Of a DNA stretch of 64,000 bases, positions 27,085 to 37,703 are shown piece by piece. The notes below the pieces were generated by a model, which saw only the letters and a list, made by a program, of their open reading frames with translations, ran no database searches and was not told where the DNA came from. This DNA is from an uncultured virus (IMG/VR IMGVR_UViG_3300005662_000026) (Duplodnaviria > Heunggongvirae > Uroviricota > Caudoviricetes). Position 1 is the first letter of the stretch. Every line of letters starts with the position of its first letter. The stretch lies in IMG/VR virus record IMGVR_UViG_3300005662_000026, one strand, 5' to 3'. The translations under genes were made by a program, and so were the position numbers.

Positions 27085-27540
27085 ATGAAATTAAGTGAAC
27101 ACGTAACATTAAAAGAATTTTGTGATTCTAATACTGCTACAGCAAAAGGTATAAATAATACAATTACTGATCCTGTACATTTAGAGAATGCTAAAAAATT
27201 AGCATTAAGTGTATTTGAACCAATTAGAGCTCATGTAGGACATGCAATTAATATTAATTCTGGATACAGAAGTAAAGCATTAAATAAAGCAATACCTGGT
27301 TCATCATCTACATCTCAACACTGTTTTGGTGAAGCTGTAGATTTAGATTTACATGACAGAGACTTATTTGAATGGATTATAGATAACATTACTTTTGACC
27401 AAATGATATTTGAAGGTGGTACAGAAGATAAAGCTAACTGGTTCCATATATCTTACAGAGAAGGTAGAAACAGAAAACAAGTATTAAGAATGATTAAAAA
27501 AGGTGGTAAATCTACGTATGTACCATATATAAGAAAATAA
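27085..27540 (+). CDS. Peptidase M15 endolysin
   Basis: INSGYRS..LN.AI.G..TSQH..GEAVD ... WFHISY. Confidence 0.88.
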   Translation: MKLSEHVTLKEFCDSNTATAKGINNTITDPVHLENAKKLALSVFEPIRAHVGHAININSGYRSKALNKAIPGSSSTSQHCFGEAVDLDLHDRDLFEWIIDNITFDQMIFEGGTEDKANWFHISYREGRNRKQVLRMIKKGGKSTYVPYIRK

Positions 27541-27550
27541 TATAATTATT

Positions 27551-27709
27551 ATGAAATACAGAAACTCTTGGAAAACAAAAAATAAACAATGGGATAAAGT
27601 GTGTATAAGAACAAGATTAGGTGCTATTGATTTATTGACTATAGAGATAGATGTTACAAGATCTTTTTATATGTTTTCTTTATTGAACTTTACCATTAAG
27701 AATAGATAA
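27551..27709 (+). CDS. Hypothetical 52-aa protein
   Basis: Own translation MKYRNSWKTKNKQWDKVCIRTRLGAID... Confidence 0.55.
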   Translation: MKYRNSWKTKNKQWDKVCIRTRLGAIDLLTIEIDVTRSFYMFSLLNFTIKNR

Positions 27710-27731
27710 TAACTACTACTACTAAATGTTT

Positions 27732-27763
27732 AAACTCAGGTGATTACTCATCTGAGTTTTTTT
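27732..27763 (+). terminator. Intrinsic terminator
   Basis: AAACTCAG/CTGAGTTT stem plus T-run. Confidence 0.75.
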
Positions 27764-27825
27764 ATTTAAATAATTAAAGTTTAAACTTATTTAGTATATT
27801 TGTGTAAACTTTAAATATATAAGTA

Positions 27826-28119
27826 ATGGAAAGCGTAAACCAACAAGAACAAGAAGTAGAGTTAACAGCAGAAGAGTTAGCTGAGAAAAAAGAGCAGATG
27901 CTTAAATTCTACACTGAATCATTGCCTTATTTAAAAGCACAAGCTGAGTATGAGAAAACATTGTGTGAAATTGATGAGGCTAGATTTAAAAGAACTACAA
28001 TTCAATATCAGTATGCTATGTTGATGCAACAACAAGAAGAGCAACCAGAAGGTGCAGATAATGATATTGATAACTCACCAGAGATTCCTGAGCAAGGTAG
28101 AAAACTAAAAACAAATTAA
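27826..28119 (+). CDS. Hypothetical coiled-coil protein
   Basis: 97 aa, after TATATTTG box at 27795. Confidence 0.7.
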   Translation: MESVNQQEQEVELTAEELAEKKEQMLKFYTESLPYLKAQAEYEKTLCEIDEARFKRTTIQYQYAMLMQQQEEQPEGADNDIDNSPEIPEQGRKLKTN

Positions 28120-28125
28120 TTTATT

Positions 28126-28488
28126 ATGGCATTAGTAATACAAGTACAGAAACGTGCTGTAATGCCTAAATGGGAAATTGTTAAGTTTCAGATTTTATCC
28201 CACTGCTATATTAACCGTATAGCAGTGAGTGAATCTGATTTAAACTGTTTGACCTTATTAAGTATGACAGGACCAATTGAGTTAACTCATTTTTGTTATG
28301 ATGCTTCCTCAGATGAGCAAATGATTTTTAAATCACCACAGACAGTTAGAAATGCTATTAACAAAGCAATGAAAAATATGTTAGTGATAAAAGATGATAC
28401 TGATAAAAAAATCATTAAATTAAATCCAAATTTAAAAGTTCAGACTGAAGGGGATATATTATTAGATTATAAATTTTTAGGCAAATGA
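28126..28488 (+). CDS. Putative winged-HTH protein
   Basis: FKSPQTVRNAINK..K..LVIK followed by beta-wing-like segment. Confidence 0.5.
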   Translation: MALVIQVQKRAVMPKWEIVKFQILSHCYINRIAVSESDLNCLTLLSMTGPIELTHFCYDASSDEQMIFKSPQTVRNAINKAMKNMLVIKDDTDKKIIKLNPNLKVQTEGDILLDYKFLGK

Positions 28489-28874
28489 TTCCAAAAAATC
28501 CTAATATATTATATAAACAAATAGCAGAAGAGTTAAACGTATCAGAATCACTGGTAGATGCATTTATGACATTTTACTATAAAGAAATAAGAAAGACATT
28601 ATCTGAGTTAAATCACTCTAAAGTAAATATAGATGGCTTAGGTGTAATGGCAATTAAACCAAGAACAGTTGATGGGTTAATTAACAAGTACACTAACAGG
28701 GTAAATAAAATGGACACTAATACCTTGAATAACTATAGTTATAAAAAGAGAACAGAAGATAAACTTGAATTATTACATAAGGTAAAAGAAATGCTAGATT
28801 CTGAAAAGCAAGTTAAACAAGAATTTATAAAGAAAAAGCAAGATGGGAAAACTGGAGAAGATTTGGAAAAATAG
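28485..28874 (+). CDS. HU/IHF-like DNA-binding protein
   Basis: KQIAEELNVSESLVD..KVNIDGLGVM. Confidence 0.65.
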   Translation: MIPKNPNILYKQIAEELNVSESLVDAFMTFYYKEIRKTLSELNHSKVNIDGLGVMAIKPRTVDGLINKYTNRVNKMDTNTLNNYSYKKRTEDKLELLHKVKEMLDSEKQVKQEFIKKKQDGKTGEDLEK

Positions 28875-29142
28875 GAAGCAGATAATGGAGGGTATTAAAA
28901 ACTCCATTGTAAGAGATGCATTTGTAGAAAAAATTGCAGAAGAAAGATTAAGTATTTGCAATAACTGCATAAGAAAAGATAATGAAGGTGGTTCATGTGT
29001 AATGCCTGGTACTCAACCATGTTGTAATTTATGTGGATGTTCATTAGCATTTAAGATAAGAGCACTATCTGCTGAATGTCCTGATTTAAGATGGCATGCA
29101 GTACTTACAGAAGAAGAAGAAGATAAACTTAACGCATTATAA
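28843..29142 (+). CDS. Cys-rich Zn-binding protein
   Basis: R..IC..C ... C..CGC.L..K.R.....CP...W. Confidence 0.7.
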   Translation: MGKLEKIWKNRKQIMEGIKNSIVRDAFVEKIAEERLSICNNCIRKDNEGGSCVMPGTQPCCNLCGCSLAFKIRALSAECPDLRWHAVLTEEEEDKLNAL

Positions 29143-29144
29143 TT

Positions 29145-29459
29145 ATGGCAACTCTAGGAAATTTAACAACACAAGGTACTTACTGGTCATCTGACCGTAA
29201 TACATCAATTAACCTTAATACAGTTTCAAATACCAGTACTGATTTTGCAACTATGAATAGTAAGTTTGCAGATGGTGGTCTAAATGTTTATATTCAGAAA
29301 CTTGGGTTAAAAATATATAAACAAAGTATACGTATTATAGAGCTTGAAAATAAAATGACTAAAGAAGAATGTGCTAATTTAAAAGCTATGTTGGAATCAA
29401 ATGATGAAGCATCTGTAATATTAGCTAAAGAAATAATTGATAATCTTGAGACAGCATGA
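29145..29459 (+). CDS. Hypothetical protein
   Basis: 104 aa; C-terminus similar to the next ORF (K.T.EE..N...ML.S.D). Confidence 0.6.
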   Translation: MATLGNLTTQGTYWSSDRNTSINLNTVSNTSTDFATMNSKFADGGLNVYIQKLGLKIYKQSIRIIELENKMTKEECANLKAMLESNDEASVILAKEIIDNLETA

Positions 29460-29692
29460 CTAATATAACAGGTGTACCAGAAAGAGAAATACATATTTAT
29501 ACTGGTATTAAAGGTATGGATATGATTAGTCATGCATTTGCTGTAAACAATAGTGTTGATTATGCAAAGTTTTTAAAAGATAAAGGTAAGATAACAGAAG
29601 AAGAATTAAGTAACATAACTAATATGTTAAACTCAAAAGATAGAGATAACTTTGAAGTAGCATTATTAGCACTAGAGCAATTAGGAAAATGA
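29456..29692 (+). CDS. Hypothetical protein
   Basis: 78 aa; KITEEELSNITNMLNSKD. Confidence 0.6.
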   Translation: MTNITGVPEREIHIYTGIKGMDMISHAFAVNNSVDYAKFLKDKGKITEEELSNITNMLNSKDRDNFEVALLALEQLGK

Positions 29693-30495
29693 GTATAGTA
29701 TTTAAAGCAGATGATCATAGTTACACTAGCATTGAAGGTGAAGAGCAAATCAAGTGGACTAGTGTAACAAGTCTGATATCAAAACTTAAGAAACATTTTG
29801 ATAAAGAAGGTGTAGCTAAAAAAGTTTCTAAAAATAAAAAATCTAAATGGTATGGTATTAAACCAGAAGATATCATTAAGATATGGGATGATGAAGCACT
29901 AAGAGCTACTACATTAGGTACATATTATCATAATCAAAGAGAGGCTGATCTATGCAGTCTATCTTCATTGGAAGTAGATGGTGTTATTATTCCTATTGTA
30001 CCTCCTGTACCTGAAATAGATAACTTAAAATATGCACCATCACAAAAATTAGAACCAGGTGTATATCCAGAACATATGGTATATTTAAAATCTGCGGGCA
30101 TTTGTGGTCAGTCAGATTTAGTTGAAGTAGTTAATGATAAAATAAACATCATAGATTACAAGACTAATAAGAAGATTGATGTTGAATCATATAAGGATTG
30201 GGATGGTATAAGTGATAAATTACAGGATCCTGTATCACATTTGGATGATTGTAATTTTAACCACTATGCACTTCAATTAAGTATCTATATGTACATTATG
30301 CTTAAACATAATCCTAGATTAAAGCCAGGAAAAATGTTTATACATCATGTTACATTTGAATTAGAAGGTGAAGATGAATATGGGTACCCAATTACTAAAT
30401 ATGATGATCAAGGTGATCCTGTAATCAAACAGGTAATACCTATGGAGATTCCATATTTAAAAGAAGAAGTAATAGCAATTTTAAAAAGCTTATAA
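29689..30495 (+). CDS. PD-(D/E)xK exonuclease (Cas4/lambda-exo-like)
   Basis: SVT, GT..H, E..VY, CGQSDLV, IIDYKT, YALQLSIY. Confidence 0.85.
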   Translation: MSIVFKADDHSYTSIEGEEQIKWTSVTSLISKLKKHFDKEGVAKKVSKNKKSKWYGIKPEDIIKIWDDEALRATTLGTYYHNQREADLCSLSSLEVDGVIIPIVPPVPEIDNLKYAPSQKLEPGVYPEHMVYLKSAGICGQSDLVEVVNDKINIIDYKTNKKIDVESYKDWDGISDKLQDPVSHLDDCNFNHYALQLSIYMYIMLKHNPRLKPGKMFIHHVTFELEGEDEYGYPITKYDDQGDPVIKQVIPMEIPYLKEEVIAILKSL

Positions 30496-30496
30496 T

Positions 30497-31012
30497 ATGT
30501 ATACTAAACTATTTGACATACAGAATGGAGTAGTAGTACCAACAGAACACTGTTATACTCTACGTACTCTTAAAAACATAATGGAAAAGTATCCTGATAA
30601 CTATCTTAAGATATATCAGTACTTATTCTATATGACATGTCCTAATCCAGATTCTAATCCATTCTTTCATACTCCTGAGATAGATAAAGAAGAAATTATT
30701 ATAGAGGAGATAGAAGCAGATTTTTCTACAGAAGATGAAGCAATTAGGAATGCATTAAGATTCTGTGAAGATATGTATAGTACTGCAACATCTAGAGCAT
30801 ATAAAGGTATGGCCTCAATGTTAGATAGATTAGCTAGATACATGGAAACTACAAGTATTACTGCAGGTAGAGATGGAAATATAAATTCATTGATTGCTGC
30901 AGCTAAAAACTTTGATCAGATTAGAGCTTCATTTAAGGGTGTATACAAAGATCTACAGGATGAGCAATCAAGTAAAGTACGTGGTGGAATTGGTATGGCT
31001 TATGATCAATAA
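30497..31012 (+). CDS. Conserved protein upstream of TerL (possible terminase small subunit)
   Basis: 171-aa helical protein ending KVRGG.GMAYDQ; function inferred from position. Confidence 0.5.
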   Translation: MYTKLFDIQNGVVVPTEHCYTLRTLKNIMEKYPDNYLKIYQYLFYMTCPNPDSNPFFHTPEIDKEEIIIEEIEADFSTEDEAIRNALRFCEDMYSTATSRAYKGMASMLDRLARYMETTSITAGRDGNINSLIAAAKNFDQIRASFKGVYKDLQDEQSSKVRGGIGMAYDQ

Positions 31013-31013
31013 T

Positions 31014-31346
31014 ATGGAAAAAGAAATTAAAATACCTATCTATGGAGGAAAGATTATATTTATATATGGTGAGTTATCACATGTAAAAGATAAATATAAT
31101 TTAAACTTTAATCCAAATGACTATGATGCAGTTGTGTTTGATGTTGAAGAAAAGGATCAGTTTATATTAGCATTTTCAGTAATTAAAGAATCTACATTAA
31201 TGCATGAAATAATACATCTAGTAAATAATATTTTTAAAAGTAGAAATATAAAACTTGATATTGATAATGATGAACCTCAAGCATATTTAGGAGGGTGGAT
31301 TGCAGATGAATTATATACTTTTATTAAAGAGTCAATAAACAAGTAA
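31014..31346 (+). CDS. Small zincin-like (HExxH) protein
   Basis: TLMHEIIHLV...NDEPQAYL; start moved to MEKEIKIP. Confidence 0.65.
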   Translation: MEKEIKIPIYGGKIIFIYGELSHVKDKYNLNFNPNDYDAVVFDVEEKDQFILAFSVIKESTLMHEIIHLVNNIFKSRNIKLDIDNDEPQAYLGGWIADELYTFIKESINK

Positions 31347-31347
31347 C

Positions 31348-33552
31348 ATGGAAAATATATATACAGATATACCTACTTGGGATAATGGTACTTGGACTAC
31401 TACATCTTTTGAATCCAGAAAAGATTTTGGTGACTTTGTATTATCTATATTTAAAGAACCAGGTCAATATGAGTTTGATGAAGTAAGTAATAAGGTATTT
31501 AATTCTGAGTCAACTAAATTCAATAAAGACAAAGTATATTGTGTAGCCCCATTTAAATCTAAAGATTTTATTAACTACTGGGATGATCAAAAAGCTAAGT
31601 GTAGATTAGGTTTAATTGTTAAGAATGATAATAAGACTTGGTACCTTACTAGAGATTATTACATGTGGTTAAACTTCTTACCTATCTTTGATAAGGAGGA
31701 GCAAAACTTTGGGTTTGCTAAAATCAGGGATGCACAATATCATATGGCCCTGTATGAAATACTAGCAGAGATAAACTACATGCATGTAGCTATTCTTAAA
31801 AAACGTCAGATAGCATCATCATACTTTCATGCAGGTAAACTTATTAATCAGTTATGGTTTGAGGCCGGTGTAACTTTAAAGATGGGAGCATCACTTAAAG
31901 ATTACATTAATGAGAAAGGTACATGGAAATTCTTATCAGAGTATGCAGCATTCTTGAATGAACATACAGCATGGTATAGACCAATGTCACCAGATAAAGT
32001 AATGATGTGGCAACAAAAGATTGAGGTCAGAAAAGGAGACAGAAAAACTGAAGCAGGTTTAAAAGGTACTATGCAAGGTATGTCTTTTGAGAAAGATCCA
32101 ACAAATGGTGTAGGGGGTCCGGTTAAATACTTCTTCCATGAGGAGGCAGGAATTGCTCCAAAGATGGATACAACATTTGGTTATATCAAACCAGCACTTA
32201 AATCAGGTATGATTACTACAGGATTATTTATTGCTGCAGGATCAGTAGGGGATTTGGATCAGTGTGAACCACTAAAGAAAATGATTCTGGATCCATTAAG
32301 TAATGATATATACGCAGTAGAAACTAATCTTATTGATAAAGAAGGTACAATAGGTAAGTCAGGTTTATTTATACCTGAACAATGGTCAATGCCACCATAC
32401 ATAGATGACTATGGTAATAGTCTAGTAGAAGAAGCATTAATTGCTCTTGATGAATTCTTTGCTGAAATTAAAAGAAACAAAGAAGCTAAAGATTATCAAC
32501 TTGAGGTATCACAGCATCCAAGAAATATAGAAGAAGCATTTGCATTTAGAAAAGCATCTAAGTTTCCACCACATCTTGTTAATGCTCAGATAAAGAGAAT
32601 TGAAGAGAAAGAATACTCATCAGAGTATTTAGATATATCTAGAGATGATACAGGTAAAGTAAAAGTAGCATCTACTAATAAGTTACCTATTGCTGAATTC
32701 CCTATATCTAAGAAGACAGAAGATAAAACTGGTACATTAGTAGTATGGGAAAGACCCGTTGCAGATCCGTCATTTGGTATGTATTATGCTAGTATTGACC
32801 CCGTGGCAGAAGGTAAAACTACTACATCTGAATCATTATGTTCTATATATGTAGTAAAAGCACCTATAGAAGTTACTAAGATAACTAACGGTGAAGCAGA
32901 AACATATTTAGAAAGAGATAAAATAGTAGCTGCATGGTGTGGTAGGTTTGATGATATCAATAAAACACATGAGAGACTGGAGTTAATTATAGAATGGTAC
33001 AACGCCTGGACAATAGTTGAGAATAATATTTCTCAATTTATTAACCATATGATTAACAGAAAGAAACAAAGATATCTTGTACCTAGAAACCAGATTGTAT
33101 TCTTAAAAGATGTAGGTGCTAATGCTAATGTATTTCAAGAATATGGTTGGAGAAATACGGGCACATTATTTAAGAATCACATGATCAGTTATACTATTGA
33201 ATATCTTACTGAAGAAATAGATCATATACAGAAAGATGATGGTACTACTGTAAAGATACATTATGGTGTAGAAAGAATACCAGATATTATGTTGTTAAAA
33301 GAAATGCAAGCTTACCAGGATGGTGTCAACGTGGATAGGTTGGTGTCCTTTGCTGCACTTGTTTCTTTTATTAAAATACAACAAGCTAACATAGGTTATA
33401 CCAAAAGAGTAGTAATGGATGAAGCAAGTAAAAACTTGCAAAAGTCTGAAAATTTGTATAAATTAAATAGTAGTCCTTTTAGACATATGGGTAGAAGTGG
33501 TCTTGGTCCAAATCAAAAGTTAAACAGATCACCTTTTAAAAATTTAAAATAA
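31348..33552 (+). CDS. terL: Terminase large subunit
   Basis: ILKKRQIASSY Walker A variant, FFHEEAG Walker B, nuclease SIDP and VDR motifs. Confidence 0.9.
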   Translation: MENIYTDIPTWDNGTWTTTSFESRKDFGDFVLSIFKEPGQYEFDEVSNKVFNSESTKFNKDKVYCVAPFKSKDFINYWDDQKAKCRLGLIVKNDNKTWYLTRDYYMWLNFLPIFDKEEQNFGFAKIRDAQYHMALYEILAEINYMHVAILKKRQIASSYFHAGKLINQLWFEAGVTLKMGASLKDYINEKGTWKFLSEYAAFLNEHTAWYRPMSPDKVMMWQQKIEVRKGDRKTEAGLKGTMQGMSFEKDPTNGVGGPVKYFFHEEAGIAPKMDTTFGYIKPALKSGMITTGLFIAAGSVGDLDQCEPLKKMILDPLSNDIYAVETNLIDKEGTIGKSGLFIPEQWSMPPYIDDYGNSLVEEALIALDEFFAEIKRNKEAKDYQLEVSQHPRNIEEAFAFRKASKFPPHLVNAQIKRIEEKEYSSEYLDISRDDTGKVKVASTNKLPIAEFPISKKTEDKTGTLVVWERPVADPSFGMYYASIDPVAEGKTTTSESLCSIYVVKAPIEVTKITNGEAETYLERDKIVAAWCGRFDDINKTHERLELIIEWYNAWTIVENNISQFINHMINRKKQRYLVPRNQIVFLKDVGANANVFQEYGWRNTGTLFKNHMISYTIEYLTEEIDHIQKDDGTTVKIHYGVERIPDIMLLKEMQAYQDGVNVDRLVSFAALVSFIKIQQANIGYTKRVVMDEASKNLQKSENLYKLNSSPFRHMGRSGLGPNQKLNRSPFKNLK

Positions 33553-33558
33553 AAAAGT

Positions 33559-36309
33559 ATGCAAGTATATAATGCTCTTCAGCTCAAAAAAGGAGCTAAA
33601 ACTGAACATAATAGATTAGGTAGTATCACACAACCTTTACAGTTTATCCCTAAAAAGGAAAAGGATGACAAGTGGGCTGCATGGAATCTTGACTGGTTAG
33701 AGTGGAATGGACTTAAACAGATTAAAAGAAATGCACGTAGGTTAATGAAGAATTATAAATTAGCTAAAGGTGTTATTGATAAATCTGATTACATCATTGA
33801 AGAAGACAATGACTACAGAGATATTATTGAGACACTTACTAAAGAAGATGCTTCCGCGCTTGAGTTAAAGTTTTATCCTATTATCCCTAATGTTATAAAT
33901 GTATTAGTAGCTGAGTTTGCTAAAAGATCTAGTAAGTTATCATACCGTGCAGTTGATGAAGGTTCCTACAATGAAATGATGGAGCAAAAAAGACAAATGG
34001 TGGAGGACGTATTAATGCAAGATGCACAGATGAAGATTATATCTGCATTAATTGAACAAGGTCTGGATCCACAATCTGAAGAAGCACAACAACAATTATC
34101 ACCAGATAAAATTAAATCATTACCTGAGATTGAGTCATTCTTTAAAAAAGACTACAGATCTATGGTAGAACAATGGGCTACTCACCAACATGAAGTAGAT
34201 GTTGAAAGATTTAGAATGGATGAGTTAGAAGAAAGAGGTTTCAGAGATATGCTTATTACAGATAGAGAGTTCTGGCATATGCGTATGATGGAAGATGATT
34301 ATGATGTTGAGTTATGGAATCCTGTACTTACATTTTATCATAAGTCTCCTGATGCAAGATATATATCTCAATCAAACTGGGTAGGTAAAACAGATATGTT
34401 AACTGTAGCTGATGTTATTGATAAGTATGGATACTTGATGAATGAAGATCAGATGGCATCACTTGAAGCTATTTATCCAATTAGGTCTGCGGGATATAAT
34501 ATTGGTGGTACTCAGAATGACGGATCTTTCTATGACGCTACTAAGTCTCATGAATGGAATACTAATATGCCATCATTAGGATTTAGACAATACTCAACTG
34601 CAGCAGCAAACAGTATCTTTAATGGAGGTGATATAGTTAACTACATACTTAGAGAAGGTGAAGATTACTATGATCAAGGTACAGCATACTTATTAAGAGT
34701 AACTACAGCATATTGGAAGTCTCAAAGAAAGGTAGGGCACTTAACTAAAGTTACAGACTCTGGTGAAGTTATCACTGAAATTGTTACAGAAGATTATAAA
34801 GTAACTGATAATCCTATATATGATACTAAGTTATTTAAAAATAAAACTAAAGATAATCTAGTATATGGAGAACACATTGACTGGATCTGGATTAATGAAG
34901 TATGGGGTGGTGTAAAAATAGGACCTAATATTCCATCATTCTGGGGTATGAATAACCCAGGTGGTTTTACTCCTTTATATATTGGAGTTGATAAACAAAA
35001 CATTGCTCCATTAAGATTCCAATTTAAAGGTGATAATTCTATATATGGATGTAAGTTACCTGTGGAAGGTGCAGTGTTCTCAGATAGAAATACTAAGTCT
35101 ACTGCTTTAATAGATTTAATGAAACCATTCCAAATTGGTTACAACATTGTAAATAATCAGATAGCAGATATCTTAGTAGATGAATTAGGTACAGTAATCT
35201 TACTTGACCAGAATGCATTACCAAGACACTCAATGGGTGAAGACTGGGGTAAAAACAACTTAGCTAAAGCTTATGTTGCAATGAAAAACTTCCAGATGTT
35301 ACCATTAGATACATCTATTACTAATACAGAGAATGCATTAAACTTTCAGCATTTTCAAAAATTAGACCTTGAACAAACTAGTAGGTTAATGTCAAGAATC
35401 CAATTAGCAGGATACTTTAAACAACAAGCATATGAAGTAATAGGTATTAATCCACAAAGAATGGGACAACAACTTTCTCAACAAACTGCAACAGGAGTTG
35501 AGCAAGCAGTAGGTGCTTCTTATGCACAAACTGAAATGTACTTTATTCAACACTCAGATTACTTAATGCCAAGAGTACACCAGATGAGAACTGACTTAGC
35601 TCAATTCTATCATTCTACTAAACCTTCTGCAAGATTAACATATGTTACTGCAGCAGAGGAGAAAGTAAACTTCCAGATTAATGGTACAGATTTGTTAATG
35701 AGAGATTTAAATATCTTTGCTACAACTAAAGCTAATTACAGAGCTGTATTAGAACAGTTGAAAAACATGGCAATTAATAATAATACTACTGGAGCATCTA
35801 TCTATGACTTAGGTAAGTTAATGCAATCTGAAAGTATTTCTGAATTAAACTCTGTACTTAAAAACTCAGAAGCTAAGATTAAAGCTCAGAAAGATGCAGA
35901 AATGCAACATCAACAACAAATGCAAGAGCAAGCATTACAAGCTAAAGCACAAGAAGAAAAACTTAAAGCTGATAGTTTAGAGTTAAGAGAAGAGAAAAAC
36001 AGACAAAGAGATATACTTGTTGCTGAAATTAGAGCTGCTGGATTTGGTGCTACTCAAGATATTAATCAAAATCAAATGTCAGACTTTACTGATACTATGA
36101 GAGATATACAAAAGACTGAACAGTTTACAAGTCAGATGAGTCTTGAAAGACAGAAAGAGTCTAACCGTATGTCAGTAGATAATCAGAAGAATCAACTTGA
36201 AAGAGAAAAGCTTATGACACAGAAAGAAATAGCTGATAAACAACTACAAGTAGCTAGAGAAAATAAGAATAAGTATGATTCAAAGAATAAGTCAGAAAAT
36301 AAGAAATAA
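33559..36309 (+). CDS. Portal protein
   Basis: 916 aa directly after TerL, Q/E/K-rich coiled-coil C-terminal barrel. Confidence 0.85.
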   Translation: MQVYNALQLKKGAKTEHNRLGSITQPLQFIPKKEKDDKWAAWNLDWLEWNGLKQIKRNARRLMKNYKLAKGVIDKSDYIIEEDNDYRDIIETLTKEDASALELKFYPIIPNVINVLVAEFAKRSSKLSYRAVDEGSYNEMMEQKRQMVEDVLMQDAQMKIISALIEQGLDPQSEEAQQQLSPDKIKSLPEIESFFKKDYRSMVEQWATHQHEVDVERFRMDELEERGFRDMLITDREFWHMRMMEDDYDVELWNPVLTFYHKSPDARYISQSNWVGKTDMLTVADVIDKYGYLMNEDQMASLEAIYPIRSAGYNIGGTQNDGSFYDATKSHEWNTNMPSLGFRQYSTAAANSIFNGGDIVNYILREGEDYYDQGTAYLLRVTTAYWKSQRKVGHLTKVTDSGEVITEIVTEDYKVTDNPIYDTKLFKNKTKDNLVYGEHIDWIWINEVWGGVKIGPNIPSFWGMNNPGGFTPLYIGVDKQNIAPLRFQFKGDNSIYGCKLPVEGAVFSDRNTKSTALIDLMKPFQIGYNIVNNQIADILVDELGTVILLDQNALPRHSMGEDWGKNNLAKAYVAMKNFQMLPLDTSITNTENALNFQHFQKLDLEQTSRLMSRIQLAGYFKQQAYEVIGINPQRMGQQLSQQTATGVEQAVGASYAQTEMYFIQHSDYLMPRVHQMRTDLAQFYHSTKPSARLTYVTAAEEKVNFQINGTDLLMRDLNIFATTKANYRAVLEQLKNMAINNNTTGASIYDLGKLMQSESISELNSVLKNSEAKIKAQKDAEMQHQQQMQEQALQAKAQEEKLKADSLELREEKNRQRDILVAEIRAAGFGATQDINQNQMSDFTDTMRDIQKTEQFTSQMSLERQKESNRMSVDNQKNQLEREKLMTQKEIADKQLQVARENKNKYDSKNKSENKK

Positions 36310-36311
36310 GG

Positions 36312-36328
36312 TTTAGCTATATAGTGCA
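36312..36328 (+). promoter_or_regulatory. 17-bp element TTTAGCTATATAGTGCA (copy 2)
   Basis: Identical to the minus-strand copy at 6271-6287. Confidence 0.6.
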
Positions 36329-36422
36329 AAAAATCAAATTGTAAAAATAGTGTATTTTAAATTTTAGAAGTTTATTTGTAAAAAAATAATTATATTATTA
36401 ATAGTAACATAAAGACCAACAT

Positions 36423-37673
36423 ATGAATACTGATGAGCAAACAACACAAGATAACACTACAGTATCACAAGTAGATGTGAACTTAGATGAGTTATTTGGA
36501 ATGCCTGGTGCGGATAACGTGATGCTACCAGAAGAGGAAGAGGAGAAAAAAACCCTTTTTACTAAAGAAGAAAAAACTGATTTTGACTTTTTAGATAGCA
36601 AAACAGGAGTAACTAGTAAACAAGTAACACCTGAAGAAACTATTACTAAAGAAGAAGTTGAAGAGACAATTGCTGAATTGGATAACTTAATTAGTCAAGA
36701 AGAGGATGCTGGTAATAAAGGTAGACCAAAAGTTGACAAGTCTGGGTTATATGACTTAGCTTCTAAAATGATTGAGGAAGGTACACTATTTGGATTTGAT
36801 GATGATAAACCATTAGAGGAGTACACTACTAAAGACTTTAGAGAATTGTTTGAAGCTAACTTTCAGGAGAAAGAAAGAAAGATTAAAGAGGATGTGCCAA
36901 AAGAATTCTTTAATGCTTTACCTGATGAGTTAAAAGCTGCAGCTAAATATGTTGCTGATGGTGGACAAGACTTAAAAGGTTTATTCAGAACTCTTGCTCA
37001 AGTAGAAGAAGTATTTGAATTAGATCCAGAGGATGAGAATCATCAAGCTGAGATTGCAAGACAATACTTATATGCTACTAACTTTGGTTCACCAGAGGAG
37101 ATTGAGGCAGAGATTGAGGACTGGGCTGATGTAGATAAACTTGAGCAAAAAGCAAAACAGTTTAAACCAAAATTAGACAGAATGCAGGAAGAGATTTTAT
37201 CTAGAAAACTTGCAGAACAGGAAAGTAAAAAAGAGCAACAAATACAAGCTGCTAAACAATACACGGATAATGTGTATAATGTATTATCAGTAGGGGAACT
37301 TGATGGTGTCAAGCTTGACAAAAAAGTTCAGAATATGTTATATAGTGGATTAGTGCAACCATCTTATCCATCTATATCAGGTAAACCTACAAACTTATTA
37401 GGACACCTATTAGAGAAGTATCAGTTTGTAGAACCAAGACATGACCTTATTGCTGAAGCATTATGGTTACTTGCAGATCCAGATGGTTATAAAAATAAGA
37501 TTAAAGACCAAGGTACTAAAGCTGCAACTGAGAAAACAGTAAGAATGTTGAAAACTGAAGAGGCTAAAAAATTATCTTCATCATCATCAACAGAAGAAAA
37601 ACAAGCTCCTAGAAAAACAACAGGTAATACTATTTCTAGAAGCACACCAAATAATATGTTTAAAAGATTTTAA
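36423..37673 (+). CDS. Putative scaffolding protein
   Basis: Acidic N-terminus, helical body, located between portal and MCP. Confidence 0.65.
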   Translation: MNTDEQTTQDNTTVSQVDVNLDELFGMPGADNVMLPEEEEEKKTLFTKEEKTDFDFLDSKTGVTSKQVTPEETITKEEVEETIAELDNLISQEEDAGNKGRPKVDKSGLYDLASKMIEEGTLFGFDDDKPLEEYTTKDFRELFEANFQEKERKIKEDVPKEFFNALPDELKAAAKYVADGGQDLKGLFRTLAQVEEVFELDPEDENHQAEIARQYLYATNFGSPEEIEAEIEDWADVDKLEQKAKQFKPKLDRMQEEILSRKLAEQESKKEQQIQAAKQYTDNVYNVLSVGELDGVKLDKKVQNMLYSGLVQPSYPSISGKPTNLLGHLLEKYQFVEPRHDLIAEALWLLADPDGYKNKIKDQGTKAATEKTVRMLKTEEAKKLSSSSSTEEKQAPRKTTGNTISRSTPNNMFKRF

Positions 37674-37703
37674 TAAACAATATAAACAAATAAACAAATA
37701 CAA

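Noticed and set aside
29145..29459. FADGG as another xxxGG tag
   Set aside because: Single occurrence in a non-structural context; chance cannot be excluded
29689..30495. Cas4 of a CRISPR system
   Set aside because: Lacks the four-Cys Fe-S pattern and cas context; ordinary phage PD-(D/E)xK nuclease
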